A stretch of DNA of 64,000 nt from the NCBI RefSeq assembly GCF_009914755.1, contig NC_060929.1; one strand, given 5' to 3'. The position numbers were made by a program, and so were the translations under genes. Positions within the stretch are counted from its first letter, which is position 1; each line of letters opens with the position of its first letter. This document shows positions 47,824 through 64,000 of the stretch, piece after piece. This DNA comes from the human T2T-CHM13v2.0 reference genome, Homo sapiens. The notes beneath the pieces are model-generated. The model made no database searches and was not told the DNA's origin. It saw only the letters and a list, made by a program, of their open reading frames with translations.

Positions 47824-50036
47824 GGTTCTCTACTTCTGCCTTCAGTGTTCTTTAATTCTTTTACTTAGAAACTTGATATTTAGTTAGAGGTTTTTTTAGG
47901 AGCTAGATCCTCACTTTTTTCCTGCATAATTTGAAATAGAACAATAATAACAACAAAAGTATAGGATAAAGAAACCTTATAGTAGTTTTATTTCCACAAT
48001 GCATCAGATAGTTCTGAACGAGTGTTCAGTTTAAACTTACTACAATATCAAAGTGATTCAGGTAGTGACTCAGTTCTAGTCTGTTAAATAATCCACCACT
48101 CCCAATAACTACTAAACATCTACCACTATTTGTTTTTAAGTGTTCGGAGAAATTGTGCCCAAGTAATGTTACCATGAGGTTCTTAACTTTATTAGAGAAA
48201 ATTTGAAATCTGGAAGGAGGATCATACTTGCCCTTAGCTTTGTTTACTTAGGTGGCCTTCCTTACAAAGGTGAAGTGTCCATGCCCAGGAAGTTAAGTCC
48301 ATGATTGCCTCAAAAATTGGGCAACATTGCTTTTGAAGGACATGCTTAACATATTCTTGTTACAAGATCAGGTTGAACTTGAGGATAGAAAGAATCCATC
48401 CTTGGAACACAAAAAGTGAGGATTCGAAAATGTCTTTTATCAAGCAAAGTCTTTTCCATTTCTCTTTGGTTTGAGTATACCATTGTTGGGATGGCTTGAG
48501 TGATAACTTCTCAGTTTGACCCAGTTACAGTCACCTAGCATTGTTTGGCCAGCAGGTACTGTTGACAGCAATGTCTTGACTGAAGGCCACAGGGGCCATG
48601 TCCTTCCACATTTCAGAACTGGGGACTCCTGTCTGTTTGTGCATAACAATAACTTAACATTTTGCCAGGTTTTATTATCGACATGCCAACAACTATGGCC
48701 TAGCCTCATCAAGATGGCCAGCTCCCCTGCATCCCTAATTATTATTTAATGAAAGCAAGTCACTTAGCTTCTCTATCTCTGAATTTTTGATAACTAAGGA
48801 TACTGGAATATACCACATTTATAACCAAGGCCTTTTTGGTGAGAATCCAATAAATCACCTTAGATATTGCCTAGTTCAACCTACTCATTTTATAGATGAG
48901 GAAACAGGTATAGAGTGGTGAAGGGAATTATCTAAGGTCATAATATTGGTCAGTAGAAAAGTCAGAACAACAATTCTGTTTCTCCAATTCTCAAAGCAAT
49001 GCTCTGGCTTTATAATGTAGGTAAAATTGTTTTAGAAAGTCCAAATGTTATATTAGAAAAATGGTGAGCAAGCTGAAACTGGAGAGGCCAGGCCTGGAAT
49101 AATTCAGTCTCCAGTGTTTTTTCCAATCCTGCCTCTTTTCTAGTTGTGCACTAAGAATATTCCCCAGCATTTTTCCTTCTTCAAAGGGAGGAGATCCAGG
49201 CTGGTGGATACATGACAGGCAGGGGATATAATTCAGCTGTTCATGTGCCTCCCCACCCAGTTTCCTATTAGTATGATGCTCTCTTATTTGTGGTTAGCAA
49301 ATATAACAGCAAAGAAAGTTACAAATAAGCTAAGAACTTTCCTCCATGGAAACCTCTGATATCTGGTGAATTCAGAATCTCATTATATCTTCACTCAAGC
49401 ATTCTGAAACCTGCCTTCAAGGAATTCACCTAATCAAATTCACACATTTTTGTGAACAACTTGGACATCCAGTTAACTGGTGTTCACATTATAGTCTTTC
49501 CAAATTTACAGCAGTTTTCCATTTTTTATTTATTCCATGTCCTCCTTTAATAAACATAAGTAAAACGGGACTAACAGTACCATCTATTTCAAGAGGTTGT
49601 TAAGCAGATTCAATGATGCAATGAAAAGCACAATGGCACAAAGTAAGGTGCAAAAATGTTAGGTTTTATGGCTTTTTAGTGATATTAACATTATCATTTC
49701 ATAAGAACTAACCAAGGGTTATTCCTCAATTAAACAACTGAGTTCAAGCTTATCTCTGCCCTTCCTCCATTCTAATCCAGAGAACTGGAGTGGCCTATTT
49801 GGTTCTGTGATATGTGTGAGTATACATGGTCTGGGCAGTGGAGACAATGGAGCCCATGAGGTGCATTACTATCCCCACTTTACAGATGAAAGCAGAGGTT
49901 GAGGAGGGTGAGTCACAAGCCACAGTATAATCTGAGTCTCCTGACCCCCAATTTGAGGTGTGTTCACCTCAAATTCTCTCTGCTGATATTGACACATGAA
50001 TATGGTGAGCAAACCTCCCTATCATTGGCCCTTTAC

Positions 50037-50186
50037 CTGTGTCCTAGCTCATGGGCAATTGTGAAAGCCAGAGGGAGTCCCGAATCTTCATTGATGTTAC
50101 AACTGCGGTGAGGCTGACACATTCCTGAAAGGTGAGACAGGCCCAGGGTCTCGCAGGGGCGATTGAAACCAGCACAGATGTCCTTT
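50037..50186 (-). CDS. ADAMTS12: ADAMTS12 coding exon (~exon 7, 150 nt), [49 protein letters not shown]
   Basis: TTTCAG|A acceptor and AG|GTAAAG donor. Contains the first half of the reprolysin zinc motif HExxH. Confidence 0.97.
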
Positions 50187-51738
50187 CTGAAAGCAGAGAA
50201 TACAGAAGCTAAGGCGCCCAAAGGAACATCTGGAAAAACCTCCTGGAAAAAAATCTGGGTATAAACTCACATTCAATATGGTCTGTAAAGTATGCTTGGC
50301 ATTTTTTAAAAAGTCTACATGAATGTAGGCAGCAATTTTGAATTCACTGAGATGATTCTGATTTTACCTTTTGATTACTGAATTTCACCAACACAGAATG
50401 TGGGAAAATATAGCAAATGTGTTATTTTGAGCTTATTTTGCTCTGGATCTCGGGAGGTCAAATTACATGATTTGGCCAACAAAAGATTTTATTGAAAACT
50501 CAAGTTAATTTGAAGTTTTAAATAGGGAAGGAACAATCAGCAGTGACTGGAGTTTTTCAAATATGAAAATCCTTTTTAGTCTTTCTGAGGTCTGTGTTCA
50601 AAACTCATCTAAGAACTTCTTTTTCCCATTCATGAAAAAGATAGTTGGTCCCATCAACCTATCCAGAGATTTAATACTTGTCTATCCAGCCCCATTCCAC
50701 TAACAATATTGCATATATGAGAGAATGCATGCCTGTGTGTGCATGTACATCTAGAATCTCAGAAAATACTAATTATGGCTTTTAAATAGAAAAAACATGC
50801 TCCCATAAACTGGTAGAGATTATTTCAATCACGGACAAGACTTTTGAAAGAGTCACTAATTAGTCACTAGGTTTTCTTTAGCACAAAAGGAGCTCTTTGC
50901 CAAGAGGGACTAGCAGAAATGGCCACAATGTTATGAGCTCTAGTTAATTGAACACCAGCAGCTAACGGGGTTTGTGTGGGCACCATTTCTAGCAGCAAAT
51001 GGTCTGCTTTTTTCATCCATTGGGACATGGAAAAGATCCAGACTTTGAGAACCCATGTGAATCTTCAGTTCTCCAGGTTGCAATGGCTGGGGTAATAGGA
51101 CAGGAAAGAGCAGGCCCAGTCTCAGCACATGCACCACAAACTCAAATCCGCACTCTCACTAGCAGCAGCAGTTACTGGGGGTTCAGTACTGGAGAGCGAG
51201 ATTATACAGCCCAGTCATTTACGTAACTTCTAGGTCTGTAAGAGAACCAATCAAACACTTTTCTACCCCTGCTGCAGAATGCACTTGTTATTATTTCATT
51301 CAAAAAGTCCAGGTCTGTGTGAAGCTGCTGGAAAAAGATGAATGGTGCTCATTGCTGATCCCCTGACTTTCTCATTTTGATATGGCAGGAGGTCAGGCAC
51401 ATTAAATACTGATTATAGAGTGCCTCTGAAGTGTCCAGCACTAAAGAAAAAAGTGGCTAACAAAAGAATTATAGGAACATGGTTCTTACAGGCCAGCAGC
51501 TTAAGCTCTACTTCCACCATGCACTGGGGCCACTATGTAACAGAAAATATGCCTTGGCTTGCAGCAGCCACTAGCTGCACATGTGGAACCCACATTGGGT
51601 GTGTTTCATGCCAAATCTTCCATCTACTGAATGCTGTTCTGTAGAGAACTCTGTTAATGTGGATCTCAGGATAGTCTCTCAGAGGCAAAGCTCAGTCTCA
51701 TACCTCCCTCCCTTCGTGATCCTACCTATCTTTTCAGG

Positions 51739-51968
51739 CAAGTGGTTTTCAATGAGGGTGGGTGATTTTGCTCTTCACCCCCTCCTAAGGGACATTTGGC
51801 AATGTCTGCAGACAGTTTCAGCTGTCAGAGCTTGGAGGAGAGTGCTACTGACATCTCATGGGTAGAGGCCAGATATGCTGCTAAATATCTTACAATGCAC
51901 AAGATAGGCCCAACGACAAAGAATCATCAGCCCCAAATGTTAATAGTGCTGAGGGTGGGAAATACTGC
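51739..51968. mobile_element. MER20 (hAT-Charlie)
   Basis: GGGACATTTGGCAATGTCTG...GGGTAGAGGCCAG..ATGCTGCTAAA...TACAATGCACA hallmark sequence. Confidence 0.8.
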
Positions 51969-53768
51969 TATAGAACTTGAAATGCTCTCCACTGTCTAGG
52001 AGCTGTTGAGGTTCAACACACTTTTATGCAAACAGACCCCTGTCCTAAGGAAGGAAAGTGACTATAAGAAAAAAAGGAGATCAGATCCTTCGTATTCATA
52101 TTGGGTAATAGCTAAGTTATGGCTGTTGGGGTCAAACTACCTGGACTTAAGTCCCAATTGTACCCGTTAACAGCAATGAGATTTTGGGCAAGAGACATAA
52201 CCAAGGTTCAGTTTCTCTATAATGTAAAATATGAATGATTAATAGTAGCCAACTACCAGTGTCCTTGTGGGAAGTAAATGGAACAATGGCTGTTCTAATA
52301 GACATAGCACAGTGCCTGGTCCATATCAAACATTTCACACATGTAAGCTATCATTAACTCACTCATTTCTTCAGGTGAGAATGACAGGAGCATCTGAATC
52401 TGCTCTCAGGGGAAGGAAAGACTTTCTGAGACACAACTTAGTGGGCAATGCCATTCCCTGACTCTGGGGTTCTTCCCTACAGAAGTTTCTGTCTGACTGA
52501 AGCCTTCACCTGGCCTCTTGATCAGGTCCTCGGTGTCCCCAGGCTGTCTGCTAGCTCCCCAGAGTCCCCGTGCTTACATTCCACACCCATGCTATTTCCC
52601 AGGGGACCTATTGATCAACCCAAGGTGTCTTAGAACCTAATGTACCTACTGTCACAGGCTTATGTCAAAAACTTCCTGTGGGATACATTCACATTTAACC
52701 AGCGTTTGAATACCTTCACTCAAAAGAGTGATTCTGATGACTGGAGTTTTGGATCAGGGCAAGGTAGACATTTGGATAGGGTGGGGGCTGATTATCCTTC
52801 CTTGTAGGGATTCTATGCATTGAGATGATCTTATCACAGGGACAGATCACAGGGCCAAAATGTTCATGGGCAGCCTATCCTCCAAAGGGACAGTGCACAC
52901 CAAGGGCCTTTCAGTGCTTGAAGTTCTCTGTGGTTGAAGGGCAGGGCCAAGAGGCCTCCTTTACTATACATACCTGGATTTCTGGACAAATAGGCATACG
53001 GAGCCCAAGAAGAATTTACTTTACCCCATTCTAATATAAGCCCTTCTTTCATCTAGATTAAAATAGTGCCTAGTATATAGTAGGTGCTCAATAAATATTT
53101 ATTGAATCAATGAGCAAACATAGCCTTCAAAGAGCAAGAGTTGATCAAGAAAGTTCATTGGATTTTTACAGCTATGAGTCCTGGAAGGTTTGATGGTTCT
53201 TATTAGCACTATAGGCTCTATTGTGATTAGAACAAAATGATATTTTCATGGGAGAAAGATGTAACCAAACCAGTCTGCCTACTCAGCGGGGACCTGCTCC
53301 TCATATCCTATCCTCAGCATCAAACAGTTAAAAGGTGTACAGATTTCTGTAAAGATATTTCATGTTTCTACATTGGAGAAAAATAAAATAGCAAAGGATT
53401 GGAAATCCCACTGGTTAAAAGTAACAAGAGTCTTTAATGAGGCTCTGCAAGCAAGCTTCCTGATTGTTTATAGAGCTACATGAAGAAACCAGTTTTAAAA
53501 AGGAAATCATCAGTGGGATAGTAAAGAGGCCTGCATTTTGCCAGCAGATGCAGTTTATTAACAAGGAGAGCTTTGTCGTATTAGCAAGTTTGTTAAACTG
53601 TTTCCTCTACTGATAGGGAAGTCAGGAGTTGACTAGATCAAAGACACTGTCTTTACGAGAGCAGCAAAGAATAGTGAGAATGTCATGGGTTTGAACACCT
53701 GGTAAGCCTTTCACCTGCCATCCCTCCCTGCTTTACTGCCCCTGGGTTTCATGTAGTCTCTGGTGTAC

Positions 53769-53893
53769 CTGGTGAGAAGGACAGCCACGTCGTGATGAAC
53801 AGGATTGAGGTCACTCTTGGGATTGATACTCTTCTGCCACTTGCAGAAGCTAGACAGTGTCTTTTCTGCATGGTGAACTATTTTCAGTCCTTG
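53769..53893 (-). CDS. ADAMTS12: ADAMTS12 coding exon (~exon 6, 125 nt), metalloprotease domain [42 protein letters not shown]
   Basis: Minus-strand pyrimidine tract plus CCAG|CAA acceptor and AG|GTACAC donor. Translation matches the ADAMTS catalytic domain ([14 protein letters not shown]). Phase 0 to 2 joins the next exon. Confidence 0.96.
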
Positions 53894-55719
53894 CTGGAGA
53901 AAGAAGAGGAAGAGATTAGCATGGGAGAGCTCACTGTGGTCAGGGACCATTGCATTAGGCATTCATCTCCAGAGGTGTCCAAGTGAGATGAATTCAGGGT
54001 GGGTGCATCAGACATTTGGCAGTCATGTGGCAGAGGCCAACTGACTCCTCTTGACTAATCTTCTGGGTTAAACACTCCCATTCTAATGACCTCCACTAGA
54101 AGAACCTGAAGGGGAAAACTCCAAGACAGAAATTATCCCTGGGACAAGCAGCCCTTGAAGAACATTTAAAAATATATTAGCAATAACCAAAAGCTATTTG
54201 AAGGTCTATTTCTGTGTCTCTCTGCATCCTAAACCAATGCAATATCAAAGAGGCATTTTTATTTCTAATGCAAAATAAGCAGATTTTCAACAAAAGTTTT
54301 TTCTTCTCATGAGACATCCTGCAAGGCTAGAGTTGCACTGGATGTTTTCTAACCCTTGAATTTTATTTTGGTTTGACACCCATGGGTGAAGGACAGTGGA
54401 TGACATAATCTCTCCAGGCTGCTGACCAGTTAGGAGAATTGGTCCTCTGACAACAAGTAGGATGCTGTAGCAGATGCCCCCAGCCTGCAGCTTCAAGGGC
54501 TTCTGAGGCCTATGCCAGCCCTGTGGCATCTGCCTGGCTGGTAGCTACTACTGGGGCTACGAGGGAAGGGATTACTCCAAATTATCTGGATGAACACTTG
54601 CTGAATGGGGAGAAGAAGAAAAATAGTCAGCTCTTTAGTGGCTCCGGTTTAATTTGAATTTCTAAAGGAGAAATTACTTTCCCTTGCCTCATTTCTTTGG
54701 GGCCTCCACATAGAGCCATCCCTGGTACAGGATGGATTCCACCAGGAGGATGACTAACCTCCACTGGCTCACTCTCATCTGAGCCTTGCTCTGGGCTCAG
54801 TCCAAGAACTTCAGGACAGTCTCTGCATGAAATTATGAGCTTGCTTCTCTACCATTCTGTATTTTGCTGAGGCCCACACCCAAATCATAAAAGGCCCGAG
54901 GGGCATCAGTTATGTGTTAGAGGCATTTTTAGGTCTCCTCGTCATAAGTAACTATTATAGACCAGTTTCCTTTTGTGAAAACACCGAAAGGTGGCTCATC
55001 ACGTGCTAAAAGTCACTGAGCTGCTCAGCATAAAGAATTTAGATGGAAGACACTGACTTCATTATTTAATAATTTTCATTGTTACATCACCCAGCAGAAT
55101 GATATATGGTAGAGGAATTCTGGGGGACGAGCTGGGAATGAGGGAGTCGGCCTCCAATTCAACCAGCCAAGCTGTTGCTAGATTAACAGCCCTCCCTAGA
55201 TGGGAGCAAACGTGCCCACCCATCATAAAAAACTGGTCAGGTGGCATGAATCAGGAATAAAGGGAAGGGATAAGAGAAAAGGAAAGAAAAAAAGGAGGGA
55301 GGAAGGAAAGGGAGGAGAGAAACGAAGGAAATATTTCTTGATCATTTACTATGTGCCAGATGCTTTTACATACGCTGTCTCTTTTAATTGCATCTACTCA
55401 GTATTATTTGTAAAGAAGGCATTATCATTTTTATTGTATAATAAGGGAAATTAAACCTCAGGGAAGTGAAGAACTAGATCAAGATCACTTAGCTCAGATA
55501 CTGAGTCAAAGAATATAAAAAAGGTTCCTAGATAAAACTTGGAGTTGCAGTTGGTCATCAACCTCACTGGGAAGGTGCCTCAGTTCCAGCTCCTTCAGAC
55601 AGGAAGGCATGTTATCACATAAAGCATCAACTATGATCAGATATTTTTCTGGTCTGTTTTTAACCCTACATTTCTTTGTTATGTTTTGGGAGAGGTCTCT
55701 TAGAGAACACTCATTAATT

Positions 55720-57385
55720 TAACATTACCATTTACAATTACCAATAGTATTACCACTTATAATTGTTACAAAAAGTGAAATACTTAGGTATAAATTAACA
55801 AAACATATACAGGATCTGTATCCTGAAAATTATAAAATGCTGCTTAAAGAAGTCAAAGACCTAAGTCAATACAGAAACATACTGTGTTAATGGATTTGAA
55901 GATTCAACATAATAAAGACATCATCTATTCTCTCAAGCTATGAATGCATAGCTTTACCCGCAATTCCTATCAAAATCTCAGCAACTCTATTGTAGACACA
56001 CACAAGCTCATTCTAAAATTTATATCAAATTTATTTAAAAAGTTCCAGGCCTCAGGTTAGCTAAAGCAATTCTGAAAAAAGAAAAATAAAGTGGAACGTA
56101 TCACTTTACCTCATATTAAGGCTTACTATATAGCTATAATAGTCAAGAGAGTGTGCTATAGGTGCAGGGATAGTCACATAGATCAATGAAACAGACAGGA
56201 AACACCAAATGTGACCCACCTAGATATGCCCAACTGATTTTTGACAAAGGTAAAAAAGCAATTCACTGAAGGAAAGACAGCCTTTTCAATAAATTATGCT
56301 GGATAGCAAGAAAACAAATAATCCAATTGAAAAATGGGCAAAGGACCCGAATAGGTATTTCTCAATGGAAGACATACAAATGGCCAACAGATACACATAT
56401 AAAATTTCAACATCACTTATCATCAAGGAAATGCAAATTAAAACTACAATATGATATCGTCTCATACCTGTTAAAGTGGCTACTATCAAAAAGATGAAAG
56501 ATAAGATTTGGAGAGGTTGTGGAGGAAAGGAAACCATTGTACACTGTTGGTGGAAATGTAAATTAGTAGCCATTATGGAAAACAGCATGGAGGTTTCTCA
56601 AAAAATTAAAAAAAGAACTACCATATGATCCCAGAATCCCATGGGGTATATATCCTAAGGATATACAATCAGTAAGTCAAAGAGATACCTGCCATGTTCA
56701 CTGCAGAATTATTCACAATAGCAAGATATGGAATCAACCTAAGTGCCCATAGACTGATGAATGGATAAAGAAACTGTAAGGTATACATATCATATATATT
56801 CCATTATATATATATGGAACAAACGTGCCCACCCAACATAAAAAACTGGCCAGGTGGCATGAATCAGAAATAAAGGGAAGGGAAAAGGCAAAGGAAAGAA
56901 ATATATATATATAATGGAACATTCATTATTCAGCCTTAAAAGACAAGGAAATACTGCCATTTGTGACAACATGGATGAACTTTGAAGACATAAGTGAAAT
57001 AAGCCAGGCACAGGAAGACAAATACCACATGATCTCACTTATGTGGAATCTATAAAAGTAAAACTGAGAAGCAGAGATCAGGGGCTGGGGGAGGAGCTGG
57101 GAGAGGTTTGTCAAAGGATTCAAAATTTCAGTTTAGATAGAAGGAATAAGTTCAAGAGATCTATTGTACAACATGGTGACTGTCATTAATAACAATGTAC
57201 TGTACTGTATATTTGAAAATTGCTAACAGAGTAGATTTTAAGTAGTCTCATTACAAAAAAGAAAGCATACAAGGTAATGTATGCGTTAATTAGCCTGATT
57301 TAGCCATTCCACCGTGTACACATATTTCAAAACATGTTGTCCACCAAAAATAAATACAATTTTTATCAATTAAAAATAAATTTAA
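55720..57385 (+). mobile_element. L1MB ORF2 fragment joined to an L1MA-type 3' end
   Basis: ORF2 C-terminal remnants and L1MA 3'UTR (GGAATAAGTTCAAGAGATCTATTGTACAACATGGTGAC). Confidence 0.75.
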
Positions 57386-57504
57386 AATGTATAAGAGAGA
57401 AAGAGAGAAATCAAGAAGAGGGACCTAAACCAAAGCCAAAGCCATGAGCAACAGCCAAGAATTACACAAAATGTGAGAGAAAGACTTCAGGTGGAAACCA
57501 CAGA

Positions 57505-58709
<1,205 letters not shown>

Positions 58710-58918
58710 ATTAATCCATTTTTTATATATGTGAGTCCCAGTGAGGTTCTACATAATAATAAAACCACGTTTCATGCTTAGCACGTTATGGCTTATCAAT
58801 CACTTCCACATACTTCATCTTATTTGATTTTGCGAACAACTATGTGAAGTATTAATAGTTAGGAGAGTGATGATTAACTCCTGTCTACTGCTAAGAAGAA
58901 AGTTTACTTTAGTAATTA

Positions 58919-59241
<323 letters not shown>

Positions 59242-59903
59242 TCAATAATAGGAATAATTCTGTATGGTTGCAACTGGTTACACCATTGGTTGTATCTGTA
59301 GCATTTTTGGCATATTTGCATTTTCCATAGGTCCTCCATTATTTTATATGCACCTCAAAGACTATATTTTCTCTATAACTCTCTACTTGGCTATGGTGGA
59401 TGGGAGGATATTGAAGCCCTGCTGATGATTAAATAATCTGAAAACAAACTCTGTTTAGAGCCCCAACAATGCCTAGCACGGTTCTAAAACACCTTATGAA
59501 TGACAGCACTCATTAAACCAAACACTTCTAAAGATAGGTAGATAATTAAATATCTATGTATCGTCTATCTTCTAAAAATAAGTAGATAACTAAGAATCTC
59601 CTCAGTTCTCAGCCACATTCTCCTGACAGCTGTCATTTGAACTGGAGTGGAACTTGGTACCAGTTAAAAAGTCATTCTGTATTAATTAGGCTACCAGAGG
59701 CAAGATAGGGAAGCTCAAAAGCAACAGTTTTGGAAATCATTAAGATTCCAGAGCACCTTTGAAAGACTTTCCTCAATTAACTTCACCATACTACTGCACC
59801 TGCTTCCAATATCTTTCTATCCTAGCATTTGTTTTAATGTGTGCAAGATACTAGGAAACAAACCTGACAAATTCTCACCCCAAGCAACAAGAAGTAAGTG
59901 ACA

Positions 59904-60248
59904 CAGATACTCCTTGAGTTACAACTGGGTTACGTCCTGATAAACCTGTCATCAATTCAAAATATCATAAGTCGAAAATGCAATGAATACACCTAACCTA
60001 CCGAATATTGTAACTTAGCATAGCCTACATTAAGTGTGCTCAGAACACTTACATGAGCCTACAATTGGAAAAAAATCATCTCATACAAAGCCTATTTTAT
60101 AATAAAGTGTTGAATAGCTCATGTAATTTACTGAACTCTACTAAAAGTGAAAAGATTATATGGGCACTCGAAGTATCATTTCTACTGAATGCATATAATT
60201 TTCTCAAGTCAAAAAATCATAAATGGAACCATTGTAAGGGGACACCTG
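59904..60248. mobile_element. MER47A (Tigger-family MITE)
   Basis: CAGATACTCCTTGAGTTAC...AATACACCTAACCTACCGAA...GCTCAGAACACTTAC...CCTG|TA. Confidence 0.8.
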
Positions 60249-60357
60249 TAATTGTGTTCTGATATTTAGTGGTCCTGGCATCTATTTTCACCTATGGATC
60301 TGTTCCTTGATGACTGATCTACTGATTTACATTACAGTTAAATCTGCTTTGGAGGAA

Positions 60358-60635
60358 TTTTTTTTTTCTTTATGAGGCAGGGTCTCACTCTGTCGCCCAG
60401 GCTGGAGTGCAGTAGCGCAATCCTCCAGGGTTCAAGCAATTCTTGTGCCTCAGCTTCCTGAGTAGCTGGGACTATAAGCCTGCACCACCACATCCGGCTA
60501 CTTTTTCTATTTTTTGGTAGAGACGGGGTTTCACCATGTTGGCCAGGCTGATCTCAAACTCCTGACCCCAAGTGATCCATCTGCCTTGGCCTCCCAAATG
60601 GCTGGGATTACAGGCGTGAGCCTCCACACCCGGCC
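60358..60635 (-). mobile_element. AluS with an internal deletion of about 20 bp in the right arm
   Basis: Alu dimer lacking the CTCGGCTCACTGCAACCTCCG segment. TSD approximately CT(T/C)TGGAGGA. Confidence 0.85.
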
Positions 60636-61599
60636 TCTGGAGGATTCTAATCAGATACTTAGCTGATTTTTTCCTCCCTCTTACCCTGCAAGTCAGTCAC
60701 CATTTATCAGACTTGTAACTTTCCCACTGATGACACAATCAAGTTCAGGGCAAATATCTTCATTCAATAGCAACTCAAGTTCTCAATTTCTTTGTTATTT
60801 TGGGAGAAACTGCAGACAGCAAGCAGAGTCAGCCCAAAATAAAAGGTGTTCAGACTAAAACAATAATGAAACACGCATTTTAATAAAGAGATGTAAAGTA
60901 AACCAAAAATAGGGATTTGCATTCCTTTGAAAATAGAAAAACAATGGTCTGAAAGTAATCAATACAATTAGTTAGTGGACATAAACTTTCGAACAAATAA
61001 AATTGAACATGTCTATGTTCAGCAAATCATAATTCTTTACAGTCCTCCCTGAATTATTATGATTTCTAAAGCTATTTTCCATAAAAAAGAATACTCTTTC
61101 TCCAGTCTTTCTCCTGTTTCCTACCACAGTCTTTTCTTTTGTTTGTTGTAATGATATCATCCAGTTCCCTAAAACTTTTGACAATGTTTCACATTGCCCA
61201 TGAGGATGTTGCCCATGGGGATGGGGAAGCTCTTACCCAAACCATATTCAATCTGTGAAATGTTCCACAATGAATCCTGTACCAATAGGTAAAGTCCAAG
61301 CATCATGTAGGATATGTCATTAGTTCTACTGTGTGTGTTTATTGTGTGAATATCATGACCTGGGAATGAATTCCATTTGTTTTTGGAATACATCACTATA
61401 TTTGCACTCTATAATGTAGTAGATCTGTTAAACTTTTACTTAAATTAATATTACACTTATTCTGCACTTCTTGAATATACGAGTTGAAGGCCAGAAGGTG
61501 TAGTATTAAAAAAAAGGCAAAAGTCTTAGATTAAGAAATACATAGTGAAAAATTCAAATCCAGATAATAAAGCATTATTTGCATTTGGGAAAATAAATA

Positions 61600-63370
<1,771 letters not shown>

Positions 63371-63549
63371 AACACCTTAAAAATAACTGGTCTGAACCAA
63401 GGCTGGAGGGTTGCAATAGAAGATCTTATAACACTTTCTGGTATGATCCTATGCAGATTACTCACTGATTATATGTGAGAACTCATACCTTTGAATCAAA
63501 GGGAACCTGTAGTCTTTCAGATGAGTTACAGTGGGTAGGAAGAGCCCAT

Positions 63550-64000
63550 GCACTCACACAACCGCAAAGCCACATACTCACATACCCATACACACCCACA
63601 TACTCACAAACACACACACATCCACATACATACACACACAACCATATACCTACCCACACACATCCATATACTCACATACCCACACACCCACACACTCACA
63701 TACACACACACCCCCACATACACACACACACAACCATATACATACCCACACACATCCACATACTCACATACACACACACCCACATACTCACATACACACA
63801 CACACCCACATACATACACATCAAACTCACATACTCACATACACACACACCCATATACTCACATACACACACATCCACATACATACACACACCCACATAC
63901 TCACATACACACTCACATACATACAAACCCACATACATACACACACATCCACTCACATCCACACACTCACATCCACACACACCCACATACATACACACAC
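63550..64000. repeat. Complex CA-rich minisatellite (CACATACTCACATACACAC units), running off the window end
   Basis: Seen directly. Confidence 0.92.

Noticed and set aside
60972-61396. Minus-strand peptide fragments vaguely like a SAND motif (KDWRKSI) or integrase (HPHGQCE)
   Set aside because: The motifs fall in different frames with many stops, and HPHGQ x2 comes from a 15-bp tandem duplication. Needs a tBLASTn or Dfam hit to be credible.
63604-63998. Val/Cys/Met-rich ORFs
   Set aside because: Translation of the CA/TG minisatellite.

Overview
Human genomic DNA: a young L1HS-Ta element and primate Alus are present. The window covers the middle of the minus-strand gene ADAMTS12. Eleven coding exons (about exons 6-16, numbering from memory) with canonical GT-AG boundaries splice into one 1612-nt open frame encoding the metalloprotease (HELGHSFGIQHD zinc motif, Met-turn), disintegrin-like, TSR1, Cys-rich and spacer domains and the start of TSR2. 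The introns are repeat-rich: a near-full-length Tigger2, Alus, old L1s, ERV LTRs, MERs, a 1.4-kb TGG-rich array and a CA-rich array. The most notable structure is a 5.2-kb L1HS Ta-0 insertion in intron 12 with a 14-bp TSD and a twin-priming 5' inversion (4.8 kb inverted, 0.42 kb non-inverted), possibly polymorphic. Also notable are an antisense, left-arm-less Alu in intron 5 with ready-made splice sites, and several local templated duplications or foldback scars. I do not see evidence for a wholly new biological system. The findings are testable hypotheses about retrotransposition mechanism and ADAMTS12 RNA processing. Repeat family names come from recalled consensus motifs and were not computed.
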